Source of the DNA: Sedimentisphaerales bacterium
GTDB taxonomy: Bacteria; Planctomycetota; Phycisphaerae; Sedimentisphaerales; SM23-30
Direction of reading: 5' to 3'
NCBI GenBank assembly: GCA_963663965.2
Contig: CAXXFK010000031.1
Span: 96,001-160,000, forward strand
DNA length: 64,000 bases
The notes under the pieces were generated by a model. It searched no databases. It was given only the letters and a program-made list of their open reading frames with translations, and was not told the DNA's origin. Of the stretch, positions 44,222 through 55,391 are shown piece after piece. Made by a program: the position numbers and the translations under genes. Positions within the stretch are counted from its first letter, which is position 1. Each line of letters opens with the position of its first letter.

Positions 44222-44495
44222 CATGACACTTATCGCGGTGGCATCCATTGTCACTGCCGGCATTACCACCGCGTTTGGCACCATGGCCCCGGCGTTGGGT
44301 GAGGGCAGGGCGGTCGCAACGGCGTTGAGTTCACTGGCACAGCAGCCTGATGCCTCGGCCACCATCACCCGAACCTTGTTTGTGGGTCTGGCGATGATCG
44401 AGTCCACGGCCATCTATTGTTTCGTGGTCTCGATGATTCTCATCTTCGCCAACCCGTTCTGGAACCATGTCATCGCCCAAGCCACAGGAAAGTAA
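44214..44495 (+). CDS. atpE: FO subunit c with a Na+-binding signature
   Basis: Helix-1 Glu (ALGEG), QQP loop, ESTAIY motif. Confidence 0.93.
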   Translation: MDSMTLIAVASIVTAGITTAFGTMAPALGEGRAVATALSSLAQQPDASATITRTLFVGLAMIESTAIYCFVVSMILIFANPFWNHVIAQATGK

Positions 44496-44499
44496 ACCT

Positions 44500-45336
44500 A
44501 TGTTAATCGATTGGTTCACGGTGGGAGCGCAGCTAGTCAACTTCGCCATCTTGGTGTGGTTGATGAAACGCTTTCTTTATCAGCCCATTCTCCATGCCAT
44601 CGATGAGCGGGAGAAGCGGATCGCCGCGGAACTCGCGGACGCCGGCGCCCAAAAAGCTGAGGCCCAAAAGCAGAGCGACGCCTTTCAGATCAAAAACGAC
44701 GCGTTCGAACAACAGCGCGCCGCGCTCTGGAGCAAGGCGACCGTCGAGGCGAAGGCCGAACGACAGCGGCTCCTTGACGAAGCCCGGGATGCGGCGGCGG
44801 CGCTGCGTTTAAAACAACAGGAAACGCTGAAAACTGACGCCCATAACCTGCAGCAAGCCCTCAGTCATAAAATACGGCAGGAAGTATTTGCCATCACGCG
44901 AAAAGCGCTGACGGATCTCGCCACGACGAGTCTGGAAGAACGCCTGGGGGAGGTGTTCACACGCCGCTTGGGCGAGATGGACGGCAAGGTGAAGGAAAGT
45001 CTGGCCGGAGCCTTCAAGACGGCGTCAGGCCCCGCCTTGGTGCGCAGTGCGTTTGAACTGCCCGCAGAGCAACGAGCAGCGATACAAAATGTGCTCAATG
45101 AAACCTTGGCGGCCGACATTCCCGTTCGGTTCGAAACCGGGCCAGACCTGATCGGCGGGATCGAACTGACTACAAATGGACAAAAGGTGGCATGGAGCAT
45201 TGCGGATTACCTCGCGGTGATGGAAAAGGATATTGATGAATTTCTGAAGGAACAGGACAAACCCATAGTCCCAGCCAAACCCAAACCGACAGTGCCGGAA
45301 CCAAACAGTGTCGCCGCAGCATCCGGCTTCAAGTAA
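44500..45336 (+). CDS. atpF: FO subunit b fused to a delta-like domain
   Basis: MLIDWFTVGAQLVNF, long coiled coil, C-terminal VRSAFEL..LIGGIEL. Confidence 0.88.
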   Translation: MLIDWFTVGAQLVNFAILVWLMKRFLYQPILHAIDEREKRIAAELADAGAQKAEAQKQSDAFQIKNDAFEQQRAALWSKATVEAKAERQRLLDEARDAAAALRLKQQETLKTDAHNLQQALSHKIRQEVFAITRKALTDLATTSLEERLGEVFTRRLGEMDGKVKESLAGAFKTASGPALVRSAFELPAEQRAAIQNVLNETLAADIPVRFETGPDLIGGIELTTNGQKVAWSIADYLAVMEKDIDEFLKEQDKPIVPAKPKPTVPEPNSVAAASGFK

Positions 45337-45509
45337 AGATATACGCATCGCGTAGGATGATTCCTGGATCGCCCGGATTTAACTGTCTTCCACGCAATCA
45401 GTTATCTCACGGCGAAACGGTAAATCTCAATTGAGAGTATATCTTGGCCATCTTGTGCAATATTTCATTGGTAAGAGTCTAAAGAATCCAACCCTGAAAC
45501 GAACAATAA

Positions 45510-47153
45510 ATGAACATGGAACCCGAGAGTCTTCAGTGGGGTATTGACCGCGCATTTGCCGGAATTGGCAAGGTGCGGGAAGCGTTTACACCACAATTAA
45601 CCCCACGAGAGGTGGGTACGATTACCAGTATTGCCACCGGCATCGCCAAGGTTTCCGGGCTTCCCGGCGTTGGTTATGATGAATTGGTGAGCTTTCCCGG
45701 GAATGTGTCCGGTATTGCGTTCAATGTGGACGAGCATGAAATCGGCGTCGTTTTGCTGGGTGAATACTGGCGCCTCCAGGCGGGGGACGAAGTACAGCGC
45801 ACGGGCCGGGTCATGGATGTGGCCGTGGGCGATGGTTTGCTGGGGCGCGTCATCAATCCGCTCGGCGAGCCACTGGATGGCAACGGACCAGTGGTCGATG
45901 GCGAGCGCCTGCCCATCGAACGGGTCGCCGCCCCCATCATGGATCGCGCGCCTGTCAGAACACCCCTTCAGACCGGCATTAAAGTCATCGATGCGCTTAT
46001 TCCGGTTGGGCGCGGCCAGCGCGAGTTGATTCTCGGCGACCGCCAGACGGGCAAGACCGCCATCGCGATTGACACCATCATCAACCAGCGGGACCAGAAT
46101 GTCCTGTGCATCTATTGCGCCATCGGTCAGCGCGCGTCCGCCGTGGCGAAGGTTGTGGCAACCTTGCGGGGAAAGGGGGCCATGGATTACACCGTCGTCG
46201 TCGTAACCGAGGGCAATGATCCGCCGGGACTTGCTTACATCGCTCCGTACGCTGCGACCAGCATTGGGGAATATTTTATGGAAGCCGGCCGGGATGTGCT
46301 GATCGTTTACGACGATCTCACCCAACATGCCCGCGCTTACCGCGAACTGTCCCTTCTGCTCCGCCGGCCACCCGGACGCGAAGCGTTTCCCGGCGACATT
46401 TTTTATATCCACTCGCGGCTGCTGGAGCGTGCGACGCACTTGGGCAAGGAACTCGGTGGCGGCTCCCTGACCGCCATGCCCATTATCGAAACCGAAGCAC
46501 AGGATATCTCCGCCTATATTCCAACCAACTTGATCTCCATCACGGATGGGCAGATCTACCTTTCGCCCTCGCTGTTCGAATTGGGCGTCCTGCCTGCGGT
46601 GGATGTCGGGAAATCGGTTTCGCGCGTTGGCGGCAAGGCGCAACGATCAGCCTACCGTGCGGTCGCGGGTAACCTCAAGCTGGCCTATGCTCAGTTTGAG
46701 GAGCGCGAAATATTTTCCCGCTTTGGCGCCCGGCTGGATGACGAAGCCCGTCAGATTATCGAGCATGGACGGCGCATTCGCGCCTGCCTCAAACAGCCGG
46801 AATTCGCCCCGGTGTCCGTACCCGCGCAAATCGCCGTACTACTGGCATTGGCCACGGAACTCTTCGACCAAGTGCCTCTTGACCAGATGATGGACGCTGA
46901 GCATGCCGTGCATGAGGCGGCGGCGACCATTCCGGAGGATGTGGGCGAACGGCTGGATACCGTCGACGCTTTAAGCGACGAGGATCGACAAACACTTATC
47001 GGAATTGCCCGCCGGGCGCTCGAAAAATTCCAGCATAAGGAGGAGACGGTCGCGGAATATGTACATAAGACCAGGCAGGAGGGTGAAGAGAATATAAAAG
47101 CCAAAGATGAGCCAGAACCTGAGTTTAAGAGGGTGTCCGAGGAGAAGCCATGA
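45510..47153 (+). CDS. atpA: F1 subunit alpha (alternate/N-type)
   Basis: [44 protein letters not shown]. Confidence 0.96.
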   Translation: MNMEPESLQWGIDRAFAGIGKVREAFTPQLTPREVGTITSIATGIAKVSGLPGVGYDELVSFPGNVSGIAFNVDEHEIGVVLLGEYWRLQAGDEVQRTGRVMDVAVGDGLLGRVINPLGEPLDGNGPVVDGERLPIERVAAPIMDRAPVRTPLQTGIKVIDALIPVGRGQRELILGDRQTGKTAIAIDTIINQRDQNVLCIYCAIGQRASAVAKVVATLRGKGAMDYTVVVVTEGNDPPGLAYIAPYAATSIGEYFMEAGRDVLIVYDDLTQHARAYRELSLLLRRPPGREAFPGDIFYIHSRLLERATHLGKELGGGSLTAMPIIETEAQDISAYIPTNLISITDGQIYLSPSLFELGVLPAVDVGKSVSRVGGKAQRSAYRAVAGNLKLAYAQFEEREIFSRFGARLDDEARQIIEHGRRIRACLKQPEFAPVSVPAQIAVLLALATELFDQVPLDQMMDAEHAVHEAAATIPEDVGERLDTVDALSDEDRQTLIGIARRALEKFQHKEETVAEYVHKTRQEGEENIKAKDEPEPEFKRVSEEKP

Positions 47154-48043
47154 GCGATTCCACAGCGAGTCTGCGCCGAAAGATCGGTGGCGCCAGGGAT
47201 CTTCAATCCGTTGTTCGCACCATGAAGGCCGTGGCCGCCTCAAGCATCGGACAATACGAGAACTCGGTGCGGGCATTGGCCGACTACTTTCGCACGGTGG
47301 AACTCGGGTTGGGCGCTTGCCTGCGGGAAAGCGGGCCGCCCCCCCCGGTGGCAGAACGAAAAAGCCAATTGGGTACGCACGCGATTGGCGCGGTTGTATT
47401 CGGTTCGGACCAAGGACTGGTGGGACAGTTTAACGATGTGGTGACCGATTACGCGGTCGAGACGCTGGCGGCGCTGACCGCCAAGCCTGTGGTATGGGCC
47501 ATTGGCGAACGCGTTCATGCACGCCTGTCGGACGCGGGCCTTCCATTGACAGGACTTTTTACCGTACCGAGCTCCGTAAAGGCCATCGTTCCGCTCGTTG
47601 GCCAGATTATCATAGAAAGCGAAATTCGCCTTAACCAGGGTGAAATCGCCGAACTCCTTCTTATCTATAACCGTCCGGTGTCCGGAGCCGTTTATACGCC
47701 CATAGTCCAATATCTGTTGCCGTTGGACGAAAAATGGCAAAGCAAACTGGTGGCACTGCCCTGGCCGACAAAAAGCCTACCCGAGGCGATGGGGGGTGGT
47801 ATCGAACCCCTGCGGGCGTTCATTCGCGAATATCTGTTTGTCTCGCTTTTCCGCGCGTGCGCCGAATCTCTTGCCAGCGAAAATGCCAGTCGCTTGGCGG
47901 CGATGCAACGCGCTGACAAAAACATCGACGAATTACTGGAAGATCTCAACGGATCTTTCCATCGTTTACGCCAGAGTGGCATTGATGAGGAGTTGTTTGA
48001 TGTGATCTCCGGCTTCGAGGCGCTGAGCGGAAAGGAAAAATAA
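47150..48043 (+). CDS. atpG: F1 subunit gamma
   Basis: [40 protein letters not shown]. Confidence 0.93.
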   Translation: MSDSTASLRRKIGGARDLQSVVRTMKAVAASSIGQYENSVRALADYFRTVELGLGACLRESGPPPPVAERKSQLGTHAIGAVVFGSDQGLVGQFNDVVTDYAVETLAALTAKPVVWAIGERVHARLSDAGLPLTGLFTVPSSVKAIVPLVGQIIIESEIRLNQGEIAELLLIYNRPVSGAVYTPIVQYLLPLDEKWQSKLVALPWPTKSLPEAMGGGIEPLRAFIREYLFVSLFRACAESLASENASRLAAMQRADKNIDELLEDLNGSFHRLRQSGIDEELFDVISGFEALSGKEK

Positions 48044-48181
48044 TATCAATGGCCATAATGAGGGGTTTGAGTAATAATGGCACGGACAGCGATGTTCATG
48101 GCCAGGCGGATTCGACTTTCACCCGGACTCTTGTGTTTTCAGGGTATCCAATTGCACCGCAATCAGTGAAAGCTCCAAAGA

Positions 48182-48420
48182 TCAACCGCCATTATCCTGA
48201 CTCTTTGCCCATTTGATAGCATACCGGAGCAGATCCGCGGCATTCAACAAATCCAGCTTTTCCCGGATGCGCAAGCGATATGTTTCGATGGTTTTTGGGC
48301 TCAGAAAGAGTTTTTTGGCGATCTGGGTGGTCTTACTGCCTTCACCGATCAGACGGAATACCTCGATTTCCCGGTCGCTTAGCGTTTCGATCGGCGTTTT
48401 GGCCGGGCATACGCCATCGC
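48182..48420 (-). pseudogene. C-terminal LuxR-type HTH fragment of a NarL-like response regulator (not in the ORF track)
   Basis: Manual translation LSDREIEVFRLIGEGSKTTQIAKKLFLSPKTIETYRLRIREKLDL; no receiver domain. Confidence 0.75.
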
Positions 48421-48423
48421 GAG

Positions 48424-49398
48424 CGATGGCATGAACCTGGTGGGCGAGCAGGGCAAAGGCGAAAGCGTCTGGCTGGGATTTTTTCTATACGATGTTCTCA
48501 TGCGCTTCGCTGAACTGGCCCGTGCGCATGGGGATGAATCATTCGCTGAAACTTGCACCCAGGAAGCGGCGGGGTTAAGCCGTCAGATCGCGAGACCCAT
48601 GGCTGGGATGGCGGTTGGTACCGTCGTGCTTACTTCGATGATGGCACCCCACTGGGTTCGTCCAACAATATCGAATGCCGGATCGATTCGATTGCGCAAA
48701 GCTGGTCGGTACTGTCAGGTGCGGGCAATTCCGAACGGGTGCGTCTGGCCATGGACGCGATGGATGTGCACCTCGTTCGCCGTGAGCATGGGCTGATCCA
48801 ACTGCTGGCTCCGCCCTTCGACAAGTCACCGCTGAATCCCGGTTATATTAAAGGCTATGTCCCTGGCGTGAGAGAGAATGGCGGCCAATACACGCATGCA
48901 GCCATATGGGCGACGATGGCCTTTGCGCGTCTGGGTGACAATCGACGCGCCTGGGAGCTTTTCAACATGATCAATCCGGTGAACCATGCCAGATCGGCCC
49001 GGGAGATCGCCATCTACAAAGTGGAACCCTATGTCGTAGCGGCCGATGTCTATGCCGTGGCGCCACATACCGGTCGGGGTGGCTGGACCTGGTACACCGG
49101 TTCTGCCGCCTGGATGTACCGGCTGATCGTCGAATCGCTCCTGGGACTCAGCTTGGAAGTGGATAAACTACGATTTACACCCTGTCTCCCAGCAGATTGG
49201 GAGGGCTTCAAACTCCATTATCGCTATCGGGAGACACTTTACCATATCGCTGTTCAGCAAGTACCGCCTGTAGAGCATATGATATGCGTAATCCTGGATG
49301 GTCATGAACTGTCCGATGAGACCATCCCGTTGGTTGATGACCGTAAGGAACATTGGGTCGAGTTAAAACTGCCTTTAGTGGACGGCACCGTTAAGTAA
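48424..49398 (+). pseudogene. C-terminal GH94 fragment (NdvB/cyclic beta-1,2-glucan synthase-phosphorylase type)
   Basis: DGMNLVG..GESVWLG, WDGGWYRRAY, GYVPGVRENGGQYTH, GRGGWTWYTGSA; 5' part missing; one frameshift. Confidence 0.85.
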
Positions 49399-49442
49399 AA
49401 TTCATAACCATTTATTTGTCGTACGGTGCAAATACTCCGCGG

Positions 49443-49799
49443 CTAACTACTTGTCAATATGATAGTTGTTTTCAATAATTCTGTCTGTTGCGTGACCACC
49501 TTGCCCTCATGCCTCAAAAGCACCAACGCGATAAACCACCAGATCAGGTCTCGCTGGAGATTGTCAATCAGGGCCGGTATCTTGCGAAAATTCACCGGCT
49601 CCACCTCCAAGACTCCGGTGATATGAGCCTGATACCAGTGGTAATCGAACCGATTTTCCCGCTGCCAGGTCTCTGTAACTCCGGTACCCACCAATTCATT
49701 CGACACCGCTTCCAGGCCGGGAATTGCATTAAAATCAATTCCCGCCAGGGTAATCGCCTCCGACCGCTCGGGCAGGACCACAGATTTTTCCCACTCCAT
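49443..49799 (-). CDS. Hypothetical protein downstream of the IS66 transposase, possibly an IS passenger
   Basis: 118-codon ORF, same strand and GC-rich like the transposase; no recognisable motif. Confidence 0.3.
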   Translation of the reverse strand: MEWEKSVVLPERSEAITLAGIDFNAIPGLEAVSNELVGTGVTETWQRENRFDYHWYQAHITGVLEVEPVNFRKIPALIDNLQRDLIWWFIALVLLRHEGKVVTQQTELLKTTIILTSS

Positions 49800-49918
49800 C
49801 TATTGATGTCGCTGGCGTGTGTCGTTGTTCCGTGTCCTTTCGGCAAGGGTGAAAAATCTTAAAAATCCCCAAAATTGCCAGGCGGCGATTGGTGAGGGCA
49901 GATGGTTAGGTGGGAATA

Positions 49919-50760
49919 TCATGCCGGTGCACTTGCCTGGAGGGTTTTCTGGTAGTTCCAGGGTAGCCATTGGGCGGGTTCGGCGGTGAGGCGGGCCTGA
50001 TTTTTCTGCAATGCGGTCAGGTAGTCGAACGGATTGACCTCATTTAACTCACAGGTATGGATCAGACTCATATAGAAGTCACCCACCCGGGCCCCGGTCT
50101 CGGTCTTATAAAAGTAGGCGTTCTTGCGATGCAGAATCGCCTTCTTCAACGCCCGTTCACAGATATTATTGTCCAGCGGCGCGCCCGGCTGGCGCAAAAA
50201 CAGCGTCAGTTCCTGCCAGTGGTTCTGCATATATTGGATCGCCTCGCCCAGCGAACTGTTGGGCTCCACCAATCGCTGATCGATCTGCTCATGCAGCCAG
50301 GCTTCCAGCTCCGCCATCTTCGGACCACTGTATTGCTGATGCCAGGATAATCGTTCCTCGTCCGTTATCCCTTTCGCCTCGTCATCGATGCGATAGACCT
50401 CTTTCAAAAGCTCCAGCACATACCGGCATTCATCCGGGAAGCTGACGGCCGCCTGCACAAAGCCACGCCGGCCATGGACCAGGCAATGGCCCACGAGCGT
50501 CTTCATCTTCTCGGGCAGGTTGCGGCTCAAGGCATCGCACATCTGCAACGGCTTATCCAGACGCTCATCGCGCCGGCGCAGCAGCTCGGCCAGGTTCTCA
50601 CCGGCGTGCCGACGGCCGGTAAAGAACAACGCAATCCGTTTGTTGTCAACCGACACCGAGATGATGCCGGAAGTAAACAGCCCTTTGCGGCCCGACAGCG
50701 GATCCGGCGGATTTAAGATCTTCATGCCCGTGTCGTCGTTGTGAAGCGTTTTACCCTGAG
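49919..50760 (-). mobile_element. IS66-family transposase (TnpC) 3' half
   Basis: AQGKTLHNDDTG, CLVHGRR, PLDNNICERALK, SLIHTCELNEVNPFDYL, WLPWN; joined directly to the upstream gene. Confidence 0.85.
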
Positions 50761-53700
50761 CCGTTTAGCGTTGCTCCGCCGTATATTATCCCATTATTTC
50801 CCTCGATACTGTCATAAGCGGTTGTTCCGCTTTGCTCGTCAAAAGTCCAGCGACCCACGAGCCCCGGATTTGCAGGAACATATTCAGTTAACCATTGGTT
50901 TAACAGTATCTCGAGGTCATTTACATCGACAACTCCATTCTTATTAAAATCACCCGGACCAGGGGTTATAGCTTTTCCTTCAGCGGATACACCGGTTTCG
51001 TTGCCGTATTTATCCCTCATTTTAACTGTATATGTATACTCGTAGCCGGGTTCCAGACCTGTATCATTATAAATTGGATCGGTTTGCCAACCGCTGCCAT
51101 TACCGCCGGGATTGCCGCTTGTCTCATCGAAATAGTATTCGATACCTCCGCTTGCATCTGTGCCCATTTCAGCAGCCATTGTGATTTCTGTTCCACCAAG
51201 TGCATGCGGACCAGAGGCCCATTCAGCGGGATCGGGTGTCGGCGGCTGATTGTCACCTAAATTGAATCTATCGGAAATAGTTATATCCTTTATTCTTCCA
51301 TCAAAATAATACTTGTTGCTTCCCGTGTCCATTGCAAATCCGATTCTGTAATTCTTGCCTGCTACATCATTTTGTGTTGCTGTATAGGTCCTCGAAGCCT
51401 TCAAAACATCGTCAACATAAAGCTCGGCAAAGCTACCGTTAAAACCGACCATGATCTTTTGCCACTGCCCTAAAGTTATATAAATACCCGTTCTCCAGAA
51501 GCCGATATTTTCAAGCCTGACTAGAATCTCTCCGTTATCAAGACCAAAGCCGGTTCCTTCGAAACTGCCGTCTCTTTCATCAGTACAATCGAGAATTCCT
51601 TCGTAGTAGCCTACATCATCCGAAGTATCAGGATAAATCGAGGCCTCAAGGACACGCTCGATCCCGTTATGAACACCAGATTGAGCCTCTGTAGTTAAAC
51701 CGTCAAAATCCTGAGAGGAATTATAGTAAAATACACCAATGGTATCTCCGCACCTGCGTATTTCATTGGCGATTTCATCTGCAGTTAATGCCACGTTATA
51801 AAAACGTACATCTTCGATGTCACCAGTGAACAGGTTGCCGCCCCAGTCTCTACCGACATAGAAGGCTTCCGGCTGGGTATAGTTGTTCGAACCGAGGACA
51901 TCATCGGGAACCAGTGTTATTGCGGATGAATCTTCGGGTGTACCGCCATTTATATAAAGTGCTCCCTGGCTGCCGTCAAGTGTTATTGTAATATGCGTCC
52001 AAGAGCCTGTCGGGATTATCGATGATGATATAAGTGGCTGGTTGTTGAACTGTCGGTAATTGTAAATCTTGCATAACCTGAGGCGTCAAGGGCAATTTGG
52101 AGATATTTAGAAGCAGAGCTTCCCATAAACAGGACCGGAACATTGGTATTATTAGCAGGTTTTACCCAAAGGCCGAAAGTGCCATCGGTTAAGTCGCAAA
52201 GGCTGCGATCCAAAACCATATAATCATCGATTCCGTCAATCCTTAAAACCTTGCTGTTCATATCAAGGTCGGTGACACGCTGCGGACCGCCTCTTAATAG
52301 AGCGTGCTGAGCACCGAATTCGTCCCAGCAGACCTGGCCTTCAGATTCCTCAATTCTGTAGGATGCAATGAGCCCGCGGGTTTTTTTCTTCGTAACAACA
52401 TAGAAATCCATGTACCATCCACCCCACGGAATATGGCTGAAATGAACGCCGTCCAATACAGATTCTGCAGAAGAATAATCGTAACCGAGAATGGCTGTTC
52501 CTGAAACAGTGGTATCCCTGGGCAGACAAACACCACGTGCAATACCGTTGTCCTTGACATTCGTCGAGCCGTACGTATGGGAGTAATCTTCAACAAGACC
52601 ATTTCCTTCAATAATGCAATTATCCTGCAGAATTGCCCGGTCGCGGACTTTGGCGTTATTTCGGACAATTGCATTATTTCTCACAGCAGCATAACCTGAA
52701 ACAACAGCATTATCCCTGACAGTTGCATTTTCCATAACAACCGCATAATCTTCGATTCGTGCATAGTTATAAACCTTGGCGGTTCCGAGTACCATGGCGT
52801 TGGGCCCCACGTATGCAGTGCTGTTGACGGTAGCTGTATTATCGACCCATCCGCCGCCGTTGGAATGTGTATGCCCGGCCCCCTTAGACCAGCCCAACTG
52901 CCTTTTTGCTGGCGTTGCTCCGACGATTCTGACTTCGTAGGCATAGTGCAGCCTGTCATAATGCTTGTCTGGTGGAAATCTGTTATCGGGATATTCGAGA
53001 TTGAGTGACGTATCGCTTGGTGTCGCCACAACAACAATAAAAACCTTTGTCTCGCCGGGATTAAGGAGCATAGAATGAGTTCCAGGCTCCCACAGGTCGC
53101 TGAAACGCACGCTGCCGCCGGTATCCACAGCAGCAAGTGACCATCGCCAGCCCTCGGTGCCACCCAGTAAATCAAAACCCTGCAGCTCAACCGTAACATT
53201 CGTATCGGTCGGCTCAAGCTCATGATACATATAACCAAATTTTTCAGGCGCTCTTTCGAATGGTACTCTCCACCAACCAGGCCTGTCCTGGGTGGGGATT
53301 AAAAGAGAGCCTGTAACATAATCATGCCAAGCTTTATCATTGGCGGTTGACCACAGTTGATTCTTGAATTTATCGCCGTCAGCAAAATCGAGGAAAGGCC
53401 AGTGACGCAAGCCAAAAGCCACAACATTCTCCACCTCATAATCTTCAGGCAAGAAACCTTTTAGCTTGTCATAGACCGTTTGGTTGCTTATTCCATCAAA
53501 CCACAATTGTGCTACAACGTTATAGTTAAGCCCGATATCGTCGGCATAATCCTGCAAGGCCTGGTGAATCCTGAAATCCCGATAAATCAGACGGCCGTGG
53601 TCCTGACGCAAATTTGACATCTCATAAATCTGGAGATCAAGCTGACACTGCTGATTGCTTGGAAACCGCTCGGCATAATGCATCTGCCAGGCTTGACGAA

Positions 53701-54733
53701 GGTAGTTGGCGTGTGACTCCCAGTGTCCGCCAGACAAGGAGTTTATCTGATGGCCGTCAAGAACATGACCAAACTCATGAGGAACAGGATTACCCCAGCC
53801 TTCATCCCATAATCCGCCTGCAGGAACGTTGAGCCAGCCAAAGCCGTTTCTGCCGCCCATCCAGAATCCACCGAACCAGGTTGTGTGATTTACCTTATAC
53901 CTATTGCCGTCCCGTCTCCATAAATCCCAGCTTTCAAACGGCTCATTAAAGCCAAGTTTTTTGCAGTAAACCTGGTAAGATTCTTCAATCATCCGCAGTA
54001 CCCGTCTGCCCATCACCTGTGGATTAAGAGCGGGATCGATTGTGTAGGATGCCGGAGACCACCAGAATACAGCGTGCTTGGATTCTATATAGTTGCAGTC
54101 AGCAAGTGTTTCACCCTCTGCCAATCCTATATCAGTATTGACCATAAGAATATCGTCCGGCAGGTCACCGATTTCAACATAATCAATGTAAAATGTCTGC
54201 CTGTTGCCTGAATTACCGAGGGGAAATATTTTCATGTCTGTCAGCGAATCCCGCCACCAGACAACCAGTCCCAGATCGAGACGGTATGTATGCCAATCAC
54301 CATCTTTGGGGATATTCGCGTCCGGAATCTGAAATTCTCTGTTTGTGGCAAAACCTCCGTTTACAGTAGTGCCGAAGTATAAAACGATATCATCATTAAA
54401 TGATGCAGGAACCTTTATTCTTATTTGGAGATAATCGAAAAAACCAAAGTCCAGGTCTGGCCCTGCTATACCTGTTTTCTGAATGCTGGAATTGATTGCT
54501 GCTCCGATGCCTGTAATATAACCGCCCGTTGAGCTTAAGCCTGATATATTGTTTCCTGTCCAGCCATCGAGATTTCCGGGTGTTGCCCATTCACCTAAGA
54601 CTTCAGAATTCATTAGTCTGTCCGGCGGGTCAACATTAATTAATATCTCGTTATCAGCTAATAAAAGGCTGTCTATTGCTGCAAAAACAAATAAAACACA
54701 AATTGCAGATATCAGTTGGCCTGATTTTATCAT
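50751..54733 (-). pseudogene. Large secreted protein: DUF6055-like HEXXH domain, left-handed beta-helix repeats, LamG domains, Fn3-like and dockerin-like modules; frameshift near 52020; 3' end truncated
   Basis: PHEFGH; hexapeptide repeats; the LamG frame continues SSIIPTGSWTHITITLDG into ORF 50751-51794; GDFNKNGVVDVNDL. Confidence 0.7.
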
Positions 54734-54769
54734 TCATAATCTCCTGAAAAATATCGCTACCCAGACTTC

Positions 54770-55047
54770 GTGCGGCAGTTGCATTGTGATCATGAAATTG
54801 CAGTGCACTGATCAGGCAAACCACGCCTTGGGGAAACTTGCTGTACACCTGAATAATTCCATGATATTCTGTTGGCTGATAATTCTTGTCTGCATAAACA
54901 TTTCTGGAGAGCCTTATAATCTTTTTATCCCGGTAGAGCCGATAGAGTATTTTGTGGAGAAATGCCTTGCTTCTCAAAATCTCGAGGTTTTATGACGCCT
55001 TATCGAGACAGCAGTTTCAGTATTATTTTCTGTCTTTCTGTTGTCAT
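54770..55047 (-). pseudogene. AbiEi-type (type IV TA antitoxin) regulator remnant
   Basis: MTTERQKIILKLLSR*GVIKPRDF..LYRL..IIRLSRNVY..PQGVVCLISALQFHD, with an internal stop and a frameshift. Confidence 0.6.
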
Positions 55048-55363
55048 ATTACACAATCCATATAGAATACACATAATGATAAGTGTATGCATATTCTATT
55101 GTCATAATATGTCTAAGACAATAAGAAAATCCTATGGTTTTGGCAATTCCAGTCTGGATTTCAATAACTGGAACCAGGATGGGGGAATCGATAATTTGGG
55201 CTGGATAACACGGGATCCTCACGGGAGTAATACGGGAGTATTTGGGAGGAAAAACCTGGCAAAATGTGAAAAAACGTGATAAATTATGAGAATATTTAAA
55301 TGCCTGCAAAAAAGAGACTTATCTCGTATTTCATTACAATGCAAGGACTTATAAAAAGGCTAT

Positions 55364-55391
55364 GACGGGGGTTCGACTCCCCCCGCCTCCA
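55364..55391 (+). repeat. Duplicated tmRNA 3' end (distal att site)
   Basis: 27/28 identity to 24525-24552. Confidence 0.9.

Larger units (their letters stand above)
24525..55391. mobile_element. ~31 kb tmRNA-integrated genomic island, no integrase found
   Basis: 28-nt direct repeat GACGGGGGTTCGA(T/C)TCCCCCCGCCTCCA at 24525-24552 and 55364-55391 (1 mismatch); interior rich in IS elements and gene fragments. Confidence 0.8.

Noticed and set aside
45597..46643. 348-aa antisense ORF, and similar shadow ORFs opposite xfp, atpB and uvrB
   Set aside because: They lie opposite well-supported genes in GC-rich codon space and have no recognisable motifs
55364..55391. Independent tRNA gene
   Set aside because: Only the T arm and 3' acceptor strand are present, with no 5' half; it matches the tmRNA end
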